Positions 19,000-29,739 of a stretch of 64,000 nucleotides of DNA are shown here, piece by piece (the stretch's first letter is position 1; each line of letters starts with the position of its first letter). The DNA is from a virus, in the IMG/VR virus record IMGVR_UViG_3300019776_000919, positions 1-64,000 of that record; one strand, written 5' to 3'. The position numbers and the translations under genes are program-made. The notes under the pieces were generated by a model, which worked only from the letters and a program-made list of their open reading frames with translations, was not told the origin of the DNA and made no database searches.

Positions 19000-21855
19000 A
19001 TGAATCCATACGGTCCTTCTGGCGATCCTTTTATGTCAAACGCCGATCAGGCGGCAAATAGTTTTTCAAACCCCATGAACATGGCTCACATGGCTCCTGG
19101 CTGGGGGATGAATCCTGCGTACCAAACACCTTCCTATGATGCTCCATACAGACCGGCTTACTCAGGCCCAAATCCGTATGCGTCGTATCAAAAGCCTGGA
19201 TTCTTTGGTTCAGCAAGCAGGCTATTTAATCCGTTCCATCAAGATCCTACTTGGGGAAATCCCTACGATCACAATAGAAGTTCTTTTGATGGATTAGCTA
19301 CTAGGCCTATTGATGGAGGCATGAATATAATGCAAAACTATGTAATGCCTACTGCTGCAATGTGGGCTACTAATAATGCATTTACACGAGCCATGGGTAG
19401 ATCAATTGGATCGGGCATTGGATCCGGGGTAATGCAAGGTCTTGGATTCGGTGGTAGAGCCGCCGGTGTGGCTGGAAGTGTAGGAGGTTTTGCTGGGGGC
19501 TTTTTAGGCCCATTGGCTGCAGGCCTTGCAGTAGCCAATGGGATAGATGCTACTATATTTCAACCTTACAATCGAGTAAGAGCAGCTACAGACGACATTA
19601 GGAATACGTTTTCTGGGATTACTATGCCCGGTAACGGAGGATCTTCTATTACAGGTCGTGGATTTTCTCGCGGAGAAGCCTCTAGGATTGGGAGCAGTAT
19701 TGACTCATTAGGAATGATGGATAGTACATTTTCTACTAATCAGTACCATGCTATTGCTTCTATGGGGATGAAAACCAATCTGTTTGATGATGTAAGTTCT
19801 GGAGCTGGCGTAACAAGTAGAGTATCTTCAATTGCATCTCAGATTAAGACAATTTTAGCAATATCGAAAGATCCTAATATACAAACCGCCATCGAGGAAT
19901 TAAGCAAGTTAAAAATGGGAGGGGCTAGTGTAGCTGGAGGGGCACATTCACAAGCTATGAGCGCGTACTCTAGTATCGGCATGAATGCAAGCGCTGCCGG
20001 GGTCTCTGTTCAAAGAATGATGAGTACAGTAGGTGCCCAAGGACAATACATGTTCCAAATGAACGGTATGACTCCTTATCTAGGCCAAATAGCAGCTTCA
20101 AATGCGTTTGCGGGATTTGCTTCCGCCCACAGAACAGGTCTTCTTTCAGACGGTGCTTTGGCCAGAATGGGCGGCACTGAAGGTGCTACTCAATCGGCAG
20201 TTGCTGCTCAGTTAACTGGCCAAAGAACAGCTTATAACATGATGGGTTTGGCTGTTAAAAATATGACCGGGGCTAGTACAAATGGATTTGTAGGTACTGC
20301 TTCAGCTTATGGGGCAATGGCCGCTAGAAATCCTATGGGAGTTGCAGGTCAACAGTTACTTCATGGCGATGAGTGGTTGAGTAGGCAATCCGAAACACCT
20401 GAGGGGTTCTTAACTTTAGAAAAAGGTGCAATTGAAAAATTACGTACTACAGGGCAAAGACCTACCGGTCCAAACGGTACGTATGATCCTGCGCAAGTCG
20501 CTATAGCTATGCAATCTATGGGAGCTACTCCTGCAGAAATTCAAGCTTATGCTAGGTTAAGACAATCTCAGACAAATTCTACCGTAGTAGATCACAATGT
20601 AAAAGCTTTCCGTGCTCAAACTATTGAAACAGTCGATGCTGCAATCGATCAAGCCGGAGCTAGGCAGGGCTTGGTAAATAGCACAATTAAGAGAGTTTCT
20701 GAATTTGGGAAATCAGCAGTTGATTCTTTATCTTTTGGTCGTACCGCTGCAGAGGGAGTAGGGGATTTTACTGACAACACTGAAAGTTTATTTTATAAAC
20801 ATTGGAAGGGGGTTGGTGTTAAAGACCTTTCTTCAGGAGATTTTAATAAGCAATTTGATATTCGAAAAATTAAGGATAAAGTATTGCTAGGAAAAGATCC
20901 TTTGAACATGAGTAAAGTTGGCATATTAGAGTCGATAAATACTGCTGCAAAATCAGGTGGCCCAGGATCGGCCGCAGCAAGAGAATTGTTAGAAAAAGGA
21001 TTTGATCATAAGGACGCTAAAGATTTACTAGTTAAGTTTTTAAAAGCCAGAGGAGATAGAGTTTCTAAAAATACGTTAGAGGATCTTGAAAAATCATCAG
21101 CTCCTTTTGACGAAATTGCTAAGATGGCCCGAGGTAACGTACTTAACTCTGGAAATCCTGGAGGGGTACTTGCGGATGATGCAAAACGTATTTCCGAGAT
21201 AACGGGTACTAAAGGGGACTTAGTTGATAATTTAAAAATACTAGGAGAGGCTCAAGAATTATTTGCCACGGAAGGCCCCTTAGGTTTAAAAATAGAAGAT
21301 GCCTTAAAAGACGGTAAGTATAAAGAGCTTGCCGGGGTCTTAAATAAATCTGACGATAAAGTAAGCGCTTTAACAAAAATGGTTAAGGATTCTGCTGAAG
21401 GAGGTTATAGAAAAGCCGCCAAACTTGCAGGATCAATGAGCATGTCAGTTGAAGAAATGTATGCTGCACCTACTAGATTTTCATCTGATCAATCAGTTGT
21501 CAAAGCTATTATTGATAGTAAAGGCGATAGAGTTAAATTAGCTGCCATACGTGCTGCAGAATTAAGTAAACGTAACGGTGGTTCTTTACGCGGAATGTCG
21601 GTATTGACTAATGATTATGCTAAAAGAGATGAACTGAATAATATATACTCCGCCTTGGATAAAGGAAATGAGCATATAAGCAATGCAAAAGAGTTATCAA
21701 AATCAGAGGTTAATTGGGGGAGTTTATCTAGTAGTATGGGGGAAGCCGCAAATGTTCAATTAGCCGCAGCTCAAATGAATTTACAAGCTGCTACTATAAA
21801 TGCGAAAAACAGAGGTATTCAATTTTCTGCAGGAAACTCTAAGCCTGCAAATTAA
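19000..21855 (+). CDS. tape measure-like protein
   Basis: 951 aa, A/G/M-rich helical with Gly-zipper hydrophobic segment; follows frameshifted chaperone. Confidence 0.65.
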   Translation: MNPYGPSGDPFMSNADQAANSFSNPMNMAHMAPGWGMNPAYQTPSYDAPYRPAYSGPNPYASYQKPGFFGSASRLFNPFHQDPTWGNPYDHNRSSFDGLATRPIDGGMNIMQNYVMPTAAMWATNNAFTRAMGRSIGSGIGSGVMQGLGFGGRAAGVAGSVGGFAGGFLGPLAAGLAVANGIDATIFQPYNRVRAATDDIRNTFSGITMPGNGGSSITGRGFSRGEASRIGSSIDSLGMMDSTFSTNQYHAIASMGMKTNLFDDVSSGAGVTSRVSSIASQIKTILAISKDPNIQTAIEELSKLKMGGASVAGGAHSQAMSAYSSIGMNASAAGVSVQRMMSTVGAQGQYMFQMNGMTPYLGQIAASNAFAGFASAHRTGLLSDGALARMGGTEGATQSAVAAQLTGQRTAYNMMGLAVKNMTGASTNGFVGTASAYGAMAARNPMGVAGQQLLHGDEWLSRQSETPEGFLTLEKGAIEKLRTTGQRPTGPNGTYDPAQVAIAMQSMGATPAEIQAYARLRQSQTNSTVVDHNVKAFRAQTIETVDAAIDQAGARQGLVNSTIKRVSEFGKSAVDSLSFGRTAAEGVGDFTDNTESLFYKHWKGVGVKDLSSGDFNKQFDIRKIKDKVLLGKDPLNMSKVGILESINTAAKSGGPGSAAARELLEKGFDHKDAKDLLVKFLKARGDRVSKNTLEDLEKSSAPFDEIAKMARGNVLNSGNPGGVLADDAKRISEITGTKGDLVDNLKILGEAQELFATEGPLGLKIEDALKDGKYKELAGVLNKSDDKVSALTKMVKDSAEGGYRKAAKLAGSMSMSVEEMYAAPTRFSSDQSVVKAIIDSKGDRVKLAAIRAAELSKRNGGSLRGMSVLTNDYAKRDELNNIYSALDKGNEHISNAKELSKSEVNWGSLSSSMGEAANVQLAAAQMNLQAATINAKNRGIQFSAGNSKPAN

Positions 21856-21873
21856 TTATATTAAGATAGCGCT

Positions 21874-22110
21874 ATGGCAATTATCAATCAACCACGTAAG
21901 GACTTTGTACGTCCAGTACTTACTGCACTTACGCCATTAACCCTGTATTTAGAACGGGTAAATTCTATCTCTGAGGGGCTGAGAGACTCTTCTGATGGAT
22001 TCGATTATCTACCCATGCAGTTCGGAGGGATAAAAGGCCAGCAACAATCGCTTGTAGCCAACTCTGTAATCAAGGTTATTAATTTCAAGATATCATCAAA
22101 TGCCCAGTAA
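21874..22110 (+). CDS. small hypothetical virion protein
   Basis: 78-aa ORF in operon. Confidence 0.5.
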   Translation: MAIINQPRKDFVRPVLTALTPLTLYLERVNSISEGLRDSSDGFDYLPMQFGGIKGQQQSLVANSVIKVINFKISSNAQ

Positions 22111-23707
22111 TATTTCCGATACAAATGTTTTCACTCCGCCAGGATCAAACGCTACTGCTGCAGAGGTAGACCAATACGTTTCTAAAACAACTGATGCTGT
22201 TCAAACAGTTACTATAACAGGTAAGCGTTTACGTACAAATGTTTTGCAAAAAGACGGGAAAATTACCCAGACAGAAAGATTATTCAGTACAAGGGCAAGA
22301 TATACCGCTACTGATCCTCAATCTGTAAATACAAATATAGAGGCATCTAGGGGGCAATGGGCGTATATGAAACTCATGACCAGTACCGCTCAAGCCAAAG
22401 AATATTCAAGCAAACAAACTTCTACTAGAGATGTAGCTTTTAAAGAACTCATAGGCCAAGATAGTGCTGTGTCGAAAATGGCAGATGCTACTGGAAATAA
22501 GAAATCAGGGTATGATAAATTTCTTATTACAGGGGTGTCTTGCAGCATGTCTGAAAAAATACAAATTTCAGAAGTGTTTGGAGATAATGAAGTGGTTTAT
22601 TATTTTGGACATCAACCAATGGTGTTTAATCTAAATGGATTACTGATAGATAGTGTCGATAATGATTGGTTAACAACTTGGCTGCAAATGTATAGTGATT
22701 TCTTACGTGGAAGTCAAACAGCTAAAAATTATGAATTGATCAGATTAGTACTACCTAATATGATTTTGACCGGCACTATTAGCGGTTTTAATTGGAGCCA
22801 GGATGCATCCAGAGATACAGACATACCTTTTAGTATGCAGTTTATTGCAAAAGTAATTGAACCGCTACCTACTTTAAGAGAAGGTATGGTTTTATCAAAT
22901 GGATTATCAAATGTAGATTTTTCGCAAGCATATAAACTTGTAAGTAAAAAAGAAATCAACTCTTTAAAAAATCAATTTGCAACTTTAACTTCTGTAATTC
23001 AAGACCCTCTATCTACAACTAAAGATAGAGCAGATGCACTATCCCAGTTAGGTACGGGACTAGGGGGAGCGTTCGGTAGTTTTTTAAATGCGTCATCTGG
23101 CACAATTACTCAGTTTCAATCTACGGTAGAGGGGTGGGATCAGACAAGCAAATCTACTATAAATGGATTACGTAATTCAGCTATGTTTCAAACAGTTACG
23201 TCTTCCTTAAATGGTATTCGTACTAACTTGTTCTCACCTATATACGGAGTACTTTCTAGTCTGACAAAACTAGTATCTAATACTCTCAACTCTGCAAATG
23301 CCCTTGTTAATTCCGCCATTAATCCAGTTAGAAATATTCTAAGGGATATTACTAATATTTCGGTTAAAGCAACAGCCCTAGTTAATTTAGTTAACAGCTC
23401 TATTACGGCGTTCGGTAGAAATGTAACGGGACAACTTAAAGGAGTAGAAGAAGATTACAAAACCGCAATTAAGTCTTTAAAACAAGCATCCGGTGCAATA
23501 GGAACTGCCCCTAAATCAGTATCTAATACGATTGCCCATATGTTTAGTAATGGGTTGTTGAACTCGAATACCGCATTTTTAAAATCATCTCCCAAATTAA
23601 CCTTTAATAGCCCATCTTTAACTTTAAGTTCAAGTATCCCAGTATCTAAAACAGCCCTTCTTTCCGGAGTACTTGGATATACTTCCGCTACTGCCAATTC
23701 ACTATGA
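22100..23707 (+). CDS. tail/baseplate protein (tube initiator-like)
   Basis: EK.QI.E.FGD..VVYYFG..P..F.L.G.L.D segment; position after tape measure. Confidence 0.5.
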   Translation: MPSNISDTNVFTPPGSNATAAEVDQYVSKTTDAVQTVTITGKRLRTNVLQKDGKITQTERLFSTRARYTATDPQSVNTNIEASRGQWAYMKLMTSTAQAKEYSSKQTSTRDVAFKELIGQDSAVSKMADATGNKKSGYDKFLITGVSCSMSEKIQISEVFGDNEVVYYFGHQPMVFNLNGLLIDSVDNDWLTTWLQMYSDFLRGSQTAKNYELIRLVLPNMILTGTISGFNWSQDASRDTDIPFSMQFIAKVIEPLPTLREGMVLSNGLSNVDFSQAYKLVSKKEINSLKNQFATLTSVIQDPLSTTKDRADALSQLGTGLGGAFGSFLNASSGTITQFQSTVEGWDQTSKSTINGLRNSAMFQTVTSSLNGIRTNLFSPIYGVLSSLTKLVSNTLNSANALVNSAINPVRNILRDITNISVKATALVNLVNSSITAFGRNVTGQLKGVEEDYKTAIKSLKQASGAIGTAPKSVSNTIAHMFSNGLLNSNTAFLKSSPKLTFNSPSLTLSSSIPVSKTALLSGVLGYTSATANSL

Positions 23708-24546
23708 GAAACTATACAAATACGCTATTGTTTGAATCGGCTTTAGATGCTATAAGTCCGTCAAATGTTCAATTGTACAATGTTGCATTTCGCCTTTTTA
23801 ATCCGGTAGTTAAAGCAATAGAAAATGATTGCGGAACTTTGCTTGGGACTCCGATCCCAGTGGATTTTAAAGCTGAGGGATTTATTGAATTAGATACAGG
23901 TCTTCCTATTACAAAATCAAATATCATTTCATTAGCACTATCTAATTCTAGATTTGTAAGTGTTAGATCTGCGTATTCTTGCATTTCCAAAGGAGGGGTT
24001 TGTAAAACATGTTTGGCCGCATCGAAACCCAGAGTTTCTATTACGGTAGGCTCTACTTATCAAGTAAATCCTGAACTTATAATTTCTACTAACCCATCTG
24101 TACTGCTATCTGGGCAAACCACCGTCACCCTCCCGTATAATACAACTCAATATGATACGTTGTATATATATGATAATGGCGCATTAGTAAGTCAAAGTAG
24201 TTACACCGTGTCAGGATCAACTTTAACTTTTTCATCTGCCCCGGTCTCCGATAGGCCTTTACTATTAAAGTTCAGTATCTATTCAAATGTAGGTTTTTAT
24301 TACTGGTTAGCAGGTACTTATTCCGGATCTTTGCTTGGCATTAAATCCTTGGCAGAATTACCTTTACCGCTTAAACCCAGTTTATTGTTAAGTAACATAA
24401 ATAATTACGATATTGATAGTATTATTAAGTTGTTAAAAGATACTGAGATTGCAGATCAAGATTTCGTATCTTACATACCTTCGATAAAAGATCCTTTGGA
24501 AAAAGCTATTTTTGTAGTAACATTAGGGTCTATCTTTTTAAATTAA
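23704..24546 (+). CDS. virion-cluster protein with RNA polymerase beta-prime-like Zn domain plus Ig-like domain
   Basis: ENDCGT..G and V.VRS...C....GVC..C resemble RpoC EDDCGT..G and VRS...C....GVC..C; C-terminal NG.L....YTVSG.TLTF..AP. Confidence 0.55.
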   Translation: MRNYTNTLLFESALDAISPSNVQLYNVAFRLFNPVVKAIENDCGTLLGTPIPVDFKAEGFIELDTGLPITKSNIISLALSNSRFVSVRSAYSCISKGGVCKTCLAASKPRVSITVGSTYQVNPELIISTNPSVLLSGQTTVTLPYNTTQYDTLYIYDNGALVSQSSYTVSGSTLTFSSAPVSDRPLLLKFSIYSNVGFYYWLAGTYSGSLLGIKSLAELPLPLKPSLLLSNINNYDIDSIIKLLKDTEIADQDFVSYIPSIKDPLEKAIFVVTLGSIFLN

Positions 24547-27087
24547 ATGACTACTTTTGCAGCGTTCACATCAAACCCTACTTTTTATGGGGTTACCGCA
24601 CTTAAAGCAGTTCCTGCCAGTAAGAATAATACTGATGTAATTGCTCCGGATGTAAAGTTATATATTGAGGGTGTTCAAGTACCATTTGAAGCAATTTCTA
24701 TTAATCAATCATATAACAGTTTACCAACTGCAGAAATACAAGTTCCACCGAGCAGTGGGTTAATAGATATTACTAGAGGGTATGAGCCTAAAGTCCATGT
24801 TTTCTATAAAGATGATAACTATGGTGGATATCGGTTGTTGTTTTGGGGCCATATTAAAAGCACTAGTTATGGAAGAAGTAGGTCTCAAGGATCTACTTCA
24901 ATAAGCTTTCATTGCGAGCATAAAAATGCAATACTTTCTCAAGTAACAATGGACTTTACTGGGTGGGCTAATCAAAACTCAGATAGTGCTACTGATCCGG
25001 GGTCAAATGGAGGTGTGACTAAACCGCCAGCGTTTAGTTCAATGATGATGGTAGTAGAGGCCATGGGTGGAATAGAAGGTGTTGCTACTACAGATGAAAA
25101 ACTCTCTCCTTTTAATGAGAAGATATTCGATGCTCCAGTAAATAAACTTGATCCTTCCTTATCTAAATTAGAAAATCGTCTAAGCGGCATGCCGGGGGTT
25201 GCTGTTAATTTATGGAACCAATTAAAAAGAGGTGCTTACCTAAACAAGGTAGACAATATATCACTAACCTCTCTATATATTCCAGTGATAGAGGAAGGAA
25301 TTGGGTTTTTTAAAAGAATGAGCGGTCATCCGCTGCTAGAACAAAAGCTTCAAAATAGTAAACAGCCTTTCTGTCAGGATAATTCCGGTTCAAAATCAGT
25401 AAATATAATCGTACCTCCGTGCTCTAGAGTTAGTTTGGTTTCTGCCGTACAACGAGATTTGACCGTTAGAAACCTTTCTGCTATGTCTAGCATGTCTGGT
25501 GAGATGACTTCGTTTCATCAACTAATGCAGGGTTTTATGGAGTACTCAAAGTATGACGTTAATACTTTAGCTAGTCCCGCAGAAATTAATGCTAACCCCG
25601 GAGTGTATATAGAAGATGTGAACTCTACAGGAGTAGAGAAGTCAACTGTAGAAACAATACTTAAACCTCAAATACCTTTCTACTACAGCCCTATCTGTAA
25701 TGTACTGCTCCCCAGAATGTATCATTCTATTCAGGTTAATCAAGTAGAAAGTTCAGTCCCTACTAGAATAACAGTATTACATGATGCTATGCCGGGGGCG
25801 TCTAGTAATGTAAATACTAGTTTTAAAGCGCCTTCCTCTGTAAGAGAAGCGGTTGCATATAACTCTTTATTAATCGGTAAGAAGACAACTCAAGATTTAA
25901 AGCTATCGGATACTATGGCGTATTCTTTCCATATCCCAGGTAAACATGAAACTGGCACTGGAATACGCCACATGAGAGAAGCAATTCCTTGGTGGCTTGC
26001 TATCATCATGGGTGATGAAAACTTAAAGGGTGAAAGTACTCAGAGAGAAGAAGTTCCTGCAAAAGGCACGGAAGATTATAACCAGTTAATGTTTTTAAAT
26101 TCCGAATGGAGATCCAGATATGGCGTAGACGTTAAATATGGTAATGGAGATATTCAGTTAAATTTCAATGCCGCTAAAAATAATCTAAATCCTTATGATC
26201 CTTCAAATACTACTTTGCTGCCATACCAAAGAACTCTATTGGGTGCGGTAGATATTAAATTTTCCGAAAAGGTAGCAGAATCTAGGACGGGATCTATAGA
26301 TGCATTATTTAATCCATATATTATCCCAGGATACCCTATGGATGTTATAGATGACAGTCCTAATCATCCCAGTTTCCATGGCTACTGTACTTCTGTGACT
26401 CACACTATTACTGCTAGATCTATCTCCACTTCTATCGGTATGGTGTCCGTAACTACATATGCGGAGTTATCTAACTACTATATTCCTCCGGTTGCTCCGT
26501 ATCTTCAATCTGCGTTGAATATGATAAATGGTACTATTAATCAAGATTTATATAATAGTACTCCTGCAAACGACCCATCTCCATTCTCATCGTCTTCTTC
26601 AGTTCTTATCCAAAATCCTGTTGCTAAAGCTACAGCTGATACTTTTTATAAACAGGTACTTGGGGTAGGCTCAATATCACCAGATGATTTGATTCATTTT
26701 GCTTCCGGCAGAGCTTATCCTTTATATAGAAGAGCAGGGTTATTAATTCCAAGATTAGTTGCAGGGGCGGTTCCAAATATAAAACCTCATCACGCAGTTA
26801 CTCCTCACTCTAACTCTGAATCTAGAATAAATGATGATTACTATACTTCAGTAGGAAACCTTAGAATGGTCAGTAGACCTATTGAAAGCAAGGAAAGTAT
26901 TTCATCTAAGTTCGGGTATAATTTTATAGATCTAGACAGAGATCTTTATAACGATTCTTTTATAAACTACGTTAATCCTACCTTGGCATCTAATCTGTTT
27001 TTAGAGCCGGGTGCAAGTTTGTTCCTTGATTACATGGAAACTGAGGATTTTATTAATGCTGTAAAATCAAAGATTAACTTACAATAA
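24547..27087 (+). CDS. baseplate hub / tail protein
   Basis: VKLYIEGVQVPF N-terminus; FNPYIIPGYP...GY..SVTH.I C-terminus resembling gp27/gp44-type hubs. Confidence 0.55.
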   Translation: MTTFAAFTSNPTFYGVTALKAVPASKNNTDVIAPDVKLYIEGVQVPFEAISINQSYNSLPTAEIQVPPSSGLIDITRGYEPKVHVFYKDDNYGGYRLLFWGHIKSTSYGRSRSQGSTSISFHCEHKNAILSQVTMDFTGWANQNSDSATDPGSNGGVTKPPAFSSMMMVVEAMGGIEGVATTDEKLSPFNEKIFDAPVNKLDPSLSKLENRLSGMPGVAVNLWNQLKRGAYLNKVDNISLTSLYIPVIEEGIGFFKRMSGHPLLEQKLQNSKQPFCQDNSGSKSVNIIVPPCSRVSLVSAVQRDLTVRNLSAMSSMSGEMTSFHQLMQGFMEYSKYDVNTLASPAEINANPGVYIEDVNSTGVEKSTVETILKPQIPFYYSPICNVLLPRMYHSIQVNQVESSVPTRITVLHDAMPGASSNVNTSFKAPSSVREAVAYNSLLIGKKTTQDLKLSDTMAYSFHIPGKHETGTGIRHMREAIPWWLAIIMGDENLKGESTQREEVPAKGTEDYNQLMFLNSEWRSRYGVDVKYGNGDIQLNFNAAKNNLNPYDPSNTTLLPYQRTLLGAVDIKFSEKVAESRTGSIDALFNPYIIPGYPMDVIDDSPNHPSFHGYCTSVTHTITARSISTSIGMVSVTTYAELSNYYIPPVAPYLQSALNMINGTINQDLYNSTPANDPSPFSSSSSVLIQNPVAKATADTFYKQVLGVGSISPDDLIHFASGRAYPLYRRAGLLIPRLVAGAVPNIKPHHAVTPHSNSESRINDDYYTSVGNLRMVSRPIESKESISSKFGYNFIDLDRDLYNDSFINYVNPTLASNLFLEPGASLFLDYMETEDFINAVKSKINLQ

Positions 27088-27293
27088 TGACTACCGCTAA
27101 CATAGAATCCGCATATTCAGGTTTACCTGCTGTAGCTAGTATACCTACAAACATTATGAATCCCGGGGTACTTAGTAATACTAGCTCTGCTCCAGAGTGC
27201 TTTGCGAATCAACGATTCAGTAATAAATTACAGGCGTACTTAGTTTCATATGTAAATTCAATCGCCAGTACTCATCCTATATTTGAAGGATAA
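27087..27293 (+). CDS. small hypothetical protein
   Basis: TAATG-coupled ORF. Confidence 0.5.
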   Translation: MTTANIESAYSGLPAVASIPTNIMNPGVLSNTSSAPECFANQRFSNKLQAYLVSYVNSIASTHPIFEG

Positions 27294-27299
27294 ATAGAA

Positions 27300-28058
27300 A
27301 TGAATATAAACCCTTTCCCTGAAAGAGCCATTATTGACGATTCAGATACTGAAGAAGTTACTCCTCAGAAAATAGACTATAAATCTAAAGATTTAGAATT
27401 ATTTAATAAATGGAATGCTTCTAAATCTAAAAAAGATATGTCTGAATTAGTCAAACATTTAAATCCAATTATCCATAAATCAGTTGCCGGAGTTGCAGGA
27501 TCTGTACCAACATCAGCGTTAGCTGCGGAAGGTAAATTGTGGACTATTAAAGCAATTAAAACTTTTGATCCCTCTAAAGGTTTTGCTCTCAGTACTCATG
27601 TAATGAATTACATAAAAAGAATTAAACGAGTTAATTATAAGTATCAAAATTCCGTTAGATTACCGGAACATATGCAAACAGAATATCATTTATGGAATTC
27701 TGCCAAACAACAATTGTCTGACGAACTAAATGAAGAACCCACTCTTGAGCACCTATCTAAGAGATTAAACTGGCCAATGGCCAAAGTTAAAAGGTTTAAT
27801 GATAGAATATATTCTGACCTAATAGAAAGTGCTAGTGAAAACCCTACTCAAGTGACAGAATATTCTGATAATAATCTGATGATGAATCATATACTCTCCA
27901 ATCTAACTGAAGATGAACAATTCATATTAAAGAATAAAGGTAAGATGTCTGCTACTGAGCTTTCTAATAAACTTGGTGTAGATACAAATCGTTTAAATTA
28001 TTTGTCAAGAAAGCTAAGGGATAAGATTTTTAATATGAAAATGGAATTGGGAATCTAA
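27300..28058 (+). CDS. phage sigma-70 family sigma factor (FliA/SigB-like)
   Basis: Region 2 IKAIKTFDPSKGFALSTHV, VRLP, region 3 EEPT.E.LS..L, region 4 LTEDEQFIL and HTH. Confidence 0.85.
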   Translation: MNINPFPERAIIDDSDTEEVTPQKIDYKSKDLELFNKWNASKSKKDMSELVKHLNPIIHKSVAGVAGSVPTSALAAEGKLWTIKAIKTFDPSKGFALSTHVMNYIKRIKRVNYKYQNSVRLPEHMQTEYHLWNSAKQQLSDELNEEPTLEHLSKRLNWPMAKVKRFNDRIYSDLIESASENPTQVTEYSDNNLMMNHILSNLTEDEQFILKNKGKMSATELSNKLGVDTNRLNYLSRKLRDKIFNMKMELGI

Positions 28059-28433
28059 ATGTCAGTCCTATCAGAAATATCCAATATCTTCAATAGCCTT
28101 TCTACTTTCCTAAAGGATACTAGGGGCTACATAAGTACGGGTAGTAGTTTCCCTGATATTTCTGATATCGAAAGCTTGACATATTCAGAATCCCTGACCT
28201 ACGTAACGTCTAACGCATTAGGATCAGCTGGTTTTGAAATCGGGGCAGTTCAGGAATCGATAATGACAGCCGACGCAGTAAGCAGAGAATGTGCTATGGC
28301 TGCTTTATCAAAAAGTGAATTGTATACAGATATATTAGCTGATCTAGATCGGGAAATTCAATATTACGACTCGTCAGAAGCCTATTTTCGAGGAGTAAGT
28401 TCCGGTCATAACACTAACGGAAGTAGATCTTAA
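28059..28433 (+). CDS. hypothetical protein
   Basis: Abutting ORF in operon. Confidence 0.5.
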   Translation: MSVLSEISNIFNSLSTFLKDTRGYISTGSSFPDISDIESLTYSESLTYVTSNALGSAGFEIGAVQESIMTADAVSRECAMAALSKSELYTDILADLDREIQYYDSSEAYFRGVSSGHNTNGSRS

Positions 28434-28436
28434 TAA

Positions 28437-29735
28437 ATGAAATATAACCGTATTGGTACTGAAAAAAACCTTCAAGCTGGTAGTACTTATGATCTATTGT
28501 TAGTAAAGGTTAAAGGAGTTTATCCAGAAGGTCAAATCACTTTTGGCCTTTATGATACTCCTATGAAAATAACCGGGTTGCAAAAAGTAGCTCAGCACTT
28601 TCTAAGAGTATTGCTTTCATCAAAAGGGAGTGATCCTTTTTACCCTAAGAAGGGGACCTTATTTCCTAGTGTACAAGTAGGTTCTAACATTACTTCTAAT
28701 AATTCGGAATTGATCTCGGATATAGTAGAAGCTGTAGAAGATGCTTCTCAGCAAGTTAAAACAATGCTTAATAATGAAGGGGCTGATCTAGAATCGGCAC
28801 TTGATTCTGTTAAAGTACTAGGGGTTACTCCAACTGAAGAAGGCTGGATTTTAGTTTTATATATGCTCACATTAGCTGGAGAAGGTGCAGAAATTAGTCT
28901 GCCATCACCTAGTTTTGGAATAGATCCGGTAGAAATTGTAGATTATCCAGTTATACCGGTTACATCCCCTGGAGGAGGCGGAGGTGGAATTACCGAAGTA
29001 ACCGTAGTACCAACCGCTGCATTTTCACTAACCCCATCGTCAGGAGATTACCCCCTTATAGTTAGTTTCACTGATAGTTCTACGGGTGCCCCGACTTCAT
29101 GGAATTGGAATTTTGGGGATGGTAATACAAGTTCTATTCAAAGTCCTACCCATACATATACTTCAGCAGGGACATATTCACCTTCATTAGTAGTGGCTAA
29201 CTCTGCAGGATCTAATTCTGTATCCCACTCTCTAACCGTTACAGTCCCCTCTTCAGGTCCAGGATTTAACATTACATTTGAAGAGTATGGTGCAGATGCT
29301 ACATATTCCGGTAAAACAATCACTTCTTCTACGTATGCTGCATATCATGTGATTTTTGATTCGCATACCACTGTTTATAGAGCGGGAACTGGGCCGGGGT
29401 CTATTGCTACAATGCCCACCCCAGTCGGAGGTTTGGCAGTAGCTGCCGTTGGATATCCATATCCAGTAGTTATGACTTTTGACAGATCAACTGATATATT
29501 ACCCGGTACTTTAATTTTTGATCTATGTACTTCATCTTTTACCATTTCCGTTACAGCATATGACTACGATGATTATTCTGTTGGGCGAAATGTAGGGCCA
29601 TATCATTTGGCAGTGGAAATGGGCTGGTTACTTGATCAAACTTTAGATCTTTCCGAGTTAGGGTATATAGATAGAATAGAGTTTCAAGGGACGGGATTTT
29701 TTACCCTTAAAAATATAAGATTTATACCTGCATAA
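28437..29735 (+). CDS. gp25-like baseplate domain + PKD + variable C-terminal domain (paralog 1)
   Basis: KITGLQKVAQ.FL.VLL..KGSDPFYP..GT; PKD motif SFTD.STG.PTSW.WNFGDG..S....PTH.Y. Confidence 0.65.
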   Translation: MKYNRIGTEKNLQAGSTYDLLLVKVKGVYPEGQITFGLYDTPMKITGLQKVAQHFLRVLLSSKGSDPFYPKKGTLFPSVQVGSNITSNNSELISDIVEAVEDASQQVKTMLNNEGADLESALDSVKVLGVTPTEEGWILVLYMLTLAGEGAEISLPSPSFGIDPVEIVDYPVIPVTSPGGGGGGITEVTVVPTAAFSLTPSSGDYPLIVSFTDSSTGAPTSWNWNFGDGNTSSIQSPTHTYTSAGTYSPSLVVANSAGSNSVSHSLTVTVPSSGPGFNITFEEYGADATYSGKTITSSTYAAYHVIFDSHTTVYRAGTGPGSIATMPTPVGGLAVAAVGYPYPVVMTFDRSTDILPGTLIFDLCTSSFTISVTAYDYDDYSVGRNVGPYHLAVEMGWLLDQTLDLSELGYIDRIEFQGTGFFTLKNIRFIPA

Positions 29736-29739
29736 TCAA

